NCBI GenBank assembly: GCA_038257485.1 | Contig: JBBSJG010000003.1 | Span: forward strand, 1 to 49,659 | Direction: 5' to 3' | Source of the DNA: Longimicrobiales bacterium | GTDB lineage: Bacteria > Gemmatimonadota > Gemmatimonadetes > Longimicrobiales > RSA9 | Length of the DNA stretch: 49,659 nucleotides | In this document: positions 44,539 to 49,659 of the stretch, piece by piece | How the letters are laid out: each line of letters begins with the position of its first letter | How positions within the stretch are numbered: position 1 is the first letter of the stretch | Notes under the pieces: model-generated | Told to the model about the DNA's origin: nothing | Seen by the model: the letters and a program-made list of their open reading frames with translations, nothing else | The model's database searches: none | Program-made: the position numbers and the translations under genes

Positions 44539-47500
44539 TCAGAAGGTAAAGTTGACGCCGAATACGAACGAGCGCGCCAGCGGTGTGTTGGCGAAATCGA
44601 CGCCCTGCGCGACCGTGTTCGCGGAGAACAGGTTCAGCTCGGGGTCCATGCCCGTGTAGTCGGTCCAGGTGTGCAGGTTGCGACCCGCCACCGTGATGTT
44701 CATCGAGCTGGCGCCCAAGTGGCGCACCCACGGCTGATTGATCCGGTACGTCGCAGACACCTCACGTAGCTTGATGAAGCTGCCGTCCTCGATGTACTCC
44801 TCGTAGATGTTGATGCGTCCCGACGGGCTGCGGCCGTAGGTCAGCGGGATCGTGTCACCGTTGATCTCCCTCTCGATCGCCTTGTCGGACCCGAAGAACT
44901 CGGTGATGCGGCGGGTGAAGTTTGCAACGTCGTTTCCGAACCGGCCGTCGAACAGGATGTTGAAGTCCAGGTTGCTGCCGACCGTCATGGTGTTCGAGAA
45001 CGAAGCCGTGAAATCGGGGTTCGGGTCGCCGATGATTCCGTTCACGAACGTGCCGGTATTGACCGGATCGCCATTCACGTTGCCGGTCCGGAGCCGCAGC
45101 GGAAGCTTCAGCGTCTGTCCCGGGAAAGCGGCATTGGTGAAGTCGCCGTATAGAATTCCTCCCTCCGGCGTCCGGGCATATTGGCCGCCGTAGAACACGC
45201 CGACCGGCTGACCCTCGATAACCGCGTTGAGGTAGCCGACGATAAGCGTGTCGGAGGTCGCAACCAGCCTGGTCACCTTGTTCTTGTTGCTGCCCAGGCT
45301 GAGGCGGCTGCGCCAGGTGAAGCGGTCAGTTGTCAGGTTGATGGTATTCAGTGCGGCTTCCACACCGTTGTTGACGACCTCACCAACATTCTGCCGCTGC
45401 ACGGTAAAGCCCGAGCTGGCGGGCAGCGGCACGTTGAGCACCAGGTCTGTGGTCCTCTGGTTATAGTACGTGAACTCGACCACGGCGCGGTCACTCAGGA
45501 ACCCCGCTTCGAAGCCCGCCTCGATCTCGCGCTGGCGTTCCGGCTTCAGGCCGGGGTTGCTCGCGATCGAGCTCGGAATCAGACCCGCGCGACCGGCATA
45601 TCCCACGTTGATGTAGTTGGCAAAACGATCATAGAGGCTGGGCGGCTGGCCACCCGTTTCGCCGTAGGCCGCACGCAACCGCAGCGTGGAGAACACGCGG
45701 CTGAGACTGGACGTGTTGTCGCCCGATTCAAGAGCGACAAACGAGACGCCCGCCCGTGGGAAGAGCTGCCAACGCTCGTCCGCACCGAACGCAGATGACG
45801 CTTCGTAATTCGCGCCGGCGGTCAGGAAGAGACGCTCGCCGAGGGCCGCCTGCTCCTGAACGAAGAATGACTCCGTGCGAACTTCGTTGATCGACTGCGA
45901 CGCAAACTGGGTCGCGCCGCCGACCAGCGTCTGGCCCGGCGACAGAACGTCCGCGCCCGACCGAACGACGTCGGTGACCTGGGAAGTGTACCGGAACCCG
46001 CCGAGGCTGGTGAGCCGGAACCGGTCGCTGACGCGCGACTCGAGAGTGCCTGTCAGATCGTGGTTCTTGCTCGTGGACAGGCGAATCGGGTTCTGCACGG
46101 AGCCTGCAAAGGTAGCCGATTCCGAGAACGGAGGCCTGTAGAAGCGGCTTTCCTGGCGGTAGTCGTCGAGCCCGAAAAGGTAACGGATCCGCAGGTTGTC
46201 GAGCAGCCGATACGTCAGGTCGACATTGCCGATGAAACGGGTCACGTCCTCGGGCGCATCGAAATTCTCGATTGCGTTGAGGGGGTTCGTACCCAGCAGC
46301 GGGTTGTACGGGTATCTGCCAAGACTCTCATTGAAACGGGGATCGAAGATCGTCGGCGTGAAGACTGCACTGGTCAGCACGCCGTTGCCCTGCTCGCCCT
46401 CCGGCAGGAGGTCGACGTGCGACTTGATGAAATTGCCATTGCCGGTGAGTTCCAGTTTCTCACCGATCTGCTGCGTCAGCTTGCCGCGGACGTTGTAACG
46501 CTGTGCGCCGGAGTTCCGGAGAATCCCTTGATCGTTACGGTAGGCACCCGACATGAAGTAGGTCGTGCTGCCCGCGCCGCCCGAAACACTGAGCTGCGTA
46601 TTCACGCCCGTGGAAGTCCGGTAGAAAAGATTCTGCGCGTCAATGCGCGTCACCGGATCACCGACCTGCAGGGGAGTTCCGTCCGGACGGGTCACACCCG
46701 AACCGGCCGCGATCGCGACGTCGGCAAAGCTCGCCGTCGGCGCCGTATTCAGCTCGAGCAGGTTCGGTGCCTCGTTGACCTCGAGCTCCGTGCCCCAGCT
46801 GATCCGCGGTGAGCCATTCTGCCCGCGCTTCGTGAAAATCTGGATGACGCCGTTCTTGGCGCGCGAGCCGTACAGCGCGGCGGCAGATGCGCCCTTAAGC
46901 ACTTCGATCCGGTCCACGTCGTCCGGCGAAATGTCCGACAGACGGCTGCTCATGCCCGCGCCCCCTCGCGTTGCATTCGTCGACAGACCGATGAGTGCGT
47001 CGGTCGTATTGTCGATGATGACGCCGTCGACCACGATCAGGGGCTCGGCCGTGCCGAGAATCGAGTTGTTGCCACGCAAGCGGATCGTGACCGGGGCGCC
47101 CGGCTGGCCATTGCCGACCGAGATGAGTGCGCCGGTGATCTTGCCCTGCAGTGCCACACCTACCGAGCTGGTAGCGGGCGCGCGGTTGATCGCTTCACCC
47201 GAGACCGAAGCCACGGCGTTGCCCAGCGCGCGCCGTTCGGACGTTGCACCGGGAGCGGTGACGACGAGCTCCTCGAGCTCGACGGCCGACTCTGCCAGGA
47301 TAACCGGCTCGACCGTCACATCTCGCTGGGCGCCCAGGACGATCTCCCGGGGTGCCGTCGCACGGCCGATGAAGCTGTACTGGAGCACGTACCTGCCAGC
47401 CGGAATGGCCGCGTCGATCGTGTAGCGGCCGTTGGCGGCGCTGAGCGCTCCCGCACGAGTGCCACGGACCAGGACCTGGGCGCCGGCGAGCGGCGCACCT

Positions 47501-47631
47501 CCGCTCGATTGAAGGACCATTCCGCTGATGCGGTATCGGGCTCCCTCCTGAGCTTGCGAGCGCGACGGCAGCGCAAAGGCTGCCAACGCGAGGAGAACGA
47601 CGACCAGACGTCGGCCTGGGCGGTAGTGCAT
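44539..47631 (-). CDS. SusC/RagA family TonB-dependent receptor
   Basis: Signal peptide, carboxypeptidase-like N-domain, plug motif IEVLKGASAAALYGSRA.NGVI.I.TK, EDGSFIKLREVS, terminal Phe. Confidence 0.95.
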   Translation of the reverse strand: MHYRPGRRLVVVLLALAAFALPSRSQAQEGARYRISGMVLQSSGGAPLAGAQVLVRGTRAGALSAANGRYTIDAAIPAGRYVLQYSFIGRATAPREIVLGAQRDVTVEPVILAESAVELEELVVTAPGATSERRALGNAVASVSGEAINRAPATSSVGVALQGKITGALISVGNGQPGAPVTIRLRGNNSILGTAEPLIVVDGVIIDNTTDALIGLSTNATRGGAGMSSRLSDISPDDVDRIEVLKGASAAALYGSRAKNGVIQIFTKRGQNGSPRISWGTELEVNEAPNLLELNTAPTASFADVAIAAGSGVTRPDGTPLQVGDPVTRIDAQNLFYRTSTGVNTQLSVSGGAGSTTYFMSGAYRNDQGILRNSGAQRYNVRGKLTQQIGEKLELTGNGNFIKSHVDLLPEGEQGNGVLTSAVFTPTIFDPRFNESLGRYPYNPLLGTNPLNAIENFDAPEDVTRFIGNVDLTYRLLDNLRIRYLFGLDDYRQESRFYRPPFSESATFAGSVQNPIRLSTSKNHDLTGTLESRVSDRFRLTSLGGFRYTSQVTDVVRSGADVLSPGQTLVGGATQFASQSINEVRTESFFVQEQAALGERLFLTAGANYEASSAFGADERWQLFPRAGVSFVALESGDNTSSLSRVFSTLRLRAAYGETGGQPPSLYDRFANYINVGYAGRAGLIPSSIASNPGLKPERQREIEAGFEAGFLSDRAVVEFTYYNQRTTDLVLNVPLPASSGFTVQRQNVGEVVNNGVEAALNTINLTTDRFTWRSRLSLGSNKNKVTRLVATSDTLIVGYLNAVIEGQPVGVFYGGQYARTPEGGILYGDFTNAAFPGQTLKLPLRLRTGNVNGDPVNTGTFVNGIIGDPNPDFTASFSNTMTVGSNLDFNILFDGRFGNDVANFTRRITEFFGSDKAIEREINGDTIPLTYGRSPSGRINIYEEYIEDGSFIKLREVSATYRINQPWVRHLGASSMNITVAGRNLHTWTDYTGMDPELNLFSANTVAQGVDFANTPLARSFVFGVNFTF

Positions 47632-47857
47632 GAGACCTCCACGCTGCTGTGTTTTGAACGGAACCAGGAACCGGTTGGATACGCGCTAACGTGCTCCTCG
47701 CGCGTGCAACTGTCAAGCAACTCGTACGGAAAACGCGCATGGAGGACTGCGGCGTGCTTTACACGTCAGCGCGAATCTGTGGGAGTGATCGGCTCGCCCA
47801 GCGAGCGCATCTGACGCGGCGCGAGCGCCCAATCGACAAAATCTGCAGCTTTCATTC

Positions 47858-48823
47858 TCAAATCCCGCCTCTTTGGAAGAGAATGAGCACAAAGAATATA
47901 TACCCCGTGATCAGCAGGATTCCCTCGATCCGGCCGATCTTTCGGCCGCGCAACGCGAGGGGCAGCAGAAGGGCACTGATGACCAGCATGACCGGGATTT
48001 CGAACGCGAGCATGGACGGGGACGCCGGCAACGGATGAATGACTGCGGTAATGCCCATGATCAGCAGGATGTTGAGGATGTTGCTCCCGATGACGTTGCC
48101 CAGAGCCAGGTCGGAGTGTCCGCGGCGGGCGGCCATGAACGACGTCGCCAATTCGGGCAGCGATGTCCCGATTGCGACCACGGTGAGGCCGATGACCAGG
48201 TCGGAAACGCCGATAATCTCCGCGAAATATGTGGCCGACCCGACCAGGAAGCGCGCTCCGATGACGAGCGTTCCAATGCCACCTGCAATACGCAGCATGT
48301 CTTTGACCGGCGAAATGCGGGGACGGACTTCGGCCGGATCGAAAACCTCGATCGCCTCAGCACTTACAGCGGGCGGCTCCATTTCAGAACGCAGCAGCAG
48401 GCCGAGGTAAGCGACGGCTGCGATCAGAAGGACTACGCCGTCGCCGCGGCCGATCCAGCCGTCCCGCGCGAAAAGCGCGGCCGCGGTGGCCGCGGCGATC
48501 ATGACGGGGATGTCCTTGATGAGCGTGTCGCGGCGTACCGGAATCGCGCGCACGATGGCGGTCAGGCCGAGGATCAAGCCGAGATTGGCGATATTCGAGC
48601 CGACGATGTTGCCGATGGCGACGTCGGTTCTGCCCCCGACGGCCGCGAGAACACTCACAGCCAGCTCGGGCGTAGATGTACCGATGGCCACGACCGTAAG
48701 GCCGATGACCATCTGGCTGATGCCGAGCCGGCGCGCGATGTTCGCGCTGCCGGTGACCAGCCATTCGGCGCCATAAATCAGGCCGGCGAGCCCGATAACG
48801 AAGAGGGTGATTTGAAGTATCAC
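47858..48823 (-). CDS. Calcium/sodium antiporter (CaCA family, YrbG-like)
   Basis: Two alpha repeats GTSTPE/GNIVGSNIAN and GTSLPE/GNVIGSNILN; about 10 TM helices. Confidence 0.92.
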   Translation of the reverse strand: MILQITLFVIGLAGLIYGAEWLVTGSANIARRLGISQMVIGLTVVAIGTSTPELAVSVLAAVGGRTDVAIGNIVGSNIANLGLILGLTAIVRAIPVRRDTLIKDIPVMIAAATAAALFARDGWIGRGDGVVLLIAAVAYLGLLLRSEMEPPAVSAEAIEVFDPAEVRPRISPVKDMLRIAGGIGTLVIGARFLVGSATYFAEIIGVSDLVIGLTVVAIGTSLPELATSFMAARRGHSDLALGNVIGSNILNILLIMGITAVIHPLPASPSMLAFEIPVMLVISALLLPLALRGRKIGRIEGILLITGYIFFVLILFQRGGI

Positions 48824-49092
48824 AGGTGCCGGAAATATATCGCCGAGGAACGAATGGCGAAAGCGAAGAAATCGCCTTTAACGGGGTCGCCTCATTCTGG
48901 CTTGCGTCTGTGCCGCGTTTCTCGATGACCCGACGAAGGGATGCTATGACGAGTGGCGTGATGACCTGACTTTCGATCTGAGATCCGCGGCCTCGGTGGA
49001 CGGCCCATCGATTGCAACTACGGCGTGAGATTCAGGGCGTTGACGTGCGAGAGCGCGACGACGGCTCTCAACATGTGCTCCGCGGGAGATCC

Positions 49093-49659
49093 ATGCAGAA
49101 CGTCTGGAAAATGCTGTTGTCGACCCTGGTTCTGTGGTCCGTCGCCGGCTGTCAGGGGCCGGAAACCGACGGTGACCAGGCCCGCGTTTCAACCGGTGAT
49201 TCCGGCGCTGCCGCTGGCACTGCCGACGAGCCCGCCTCGGCAGGCGTCAGCGTAGAACTGCGAGACGGCGCGATTGCACCGGACACTGTGCGACTGTCCG
49301 CAGGTGCCCGCGTCGTTTTGTCGATTGAGAATGAGGGGACATCGCAACACGAACTCATGATCGGCAGGCAGCCAGCCCGGGGTTCGTTTCTCAAGCCCTT
49401 CTTCCAGGGGGTGGCCGCGGAATTCTCGGGCGACGTGGCCTCGGCCGAAACCGACCTTGGAAAACAGCGGCACGAGACCGGCGGGACCGATCACGCCGAC
49501 GCCAGAGCTCACTATCAGTTGGCTGCACTATTGGGGCCGGGCGAGTCCGCGACGATCACATTCGTGCCTCCTCTCGGTCACCGCGGCGAATGGATCATCG
49601 GATGTGTTTTCCTCGACCATTTCGAGCGGGGCGAGAAGGGGATTCTCATTGTCGAATAG
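49093..49659 (+). CDS. Cupredoxin-like lipoprotein
   Basis: Lipobox VAGC; V.L.I.N.G...HELMIG, L.PGESA.ITF, GEW..GC....H...G..G.LIV. Confidence 0.75.
   Translation: MQNVWKMLLSTLVLWSVAGCQGPETDGDQARVSTGDSGAAAGTADEPASAGVSVELRDGAIAPDTVRLSAGARVVLSIENEGTSQHELMIGRQPARGSFLKPFFQGVAAEFSGDVASAETDLGKQRHETGGTDHADARAHYQLAALLGPGESATITFVPPLGHRGEWIIGCVFLDHFERGEKGILIVE

Noticed and set aside
1-49659. CRISPR arrays, tRNA/rRNA genes, transposases, integrases, prophage genes
   Set aside because: None recognised by eye; a tRNAscan/cmscan/CRISPR finder run would be needed to exclude them fully.

Overview
High-GC bacterial window, probably Gemmatimonadota-like. This is inferred from the SusC/SusD pair, Ig-domain secreted proteins and the Wsp cluster; no rRNA marker is present. 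In order it contains: (1) housekeeping/repair genes (SUV3-like helicase end, Smr, Ogt, Ung) and envelope hydrolases; (2) a nearly complete purine catabolic cluster (xanthine dehydrogenase subunits, PuuD uricase, UraH, UraD, allantoinase, allantoicase, plus a CitE-like lyase), headed by a secreted barnase/RNase Sa-type ribonuclease whose barstar-like inhibitor is fused in frame to the N-terminus of the xanthine dehydrogenase molybdenum subunit, and interrupted by a secreted lamin-tail/Ig/ComEC-type hydrolase; (3) a VapBC module; (4) a eukaryote-type ether-lipid module (fatty acyl-CoA reductase::DHAP-acyltransferase fusion plus alkyl-DHAP synthase) directly downstream of an AfuABC-like transporter; (5) signalling genes, including a CarH-like B12-binding protein, and several gene remnants; (6) a Wsp chemosensory operon ending in a WspR-like REC::histidine kinase rather than a diguanylate cyclase; (7) SusD/SusC, a Ca/Na antiporter and a cupredoxin-like lipoprotein. 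The top candidates for an undescribed system are the RNase plus barstar::XDH RNA-to-purine scavenging locus and the FARAT/AGPS ether-lipid operon. All calls come from motif recognition by eye; no database searches were run.
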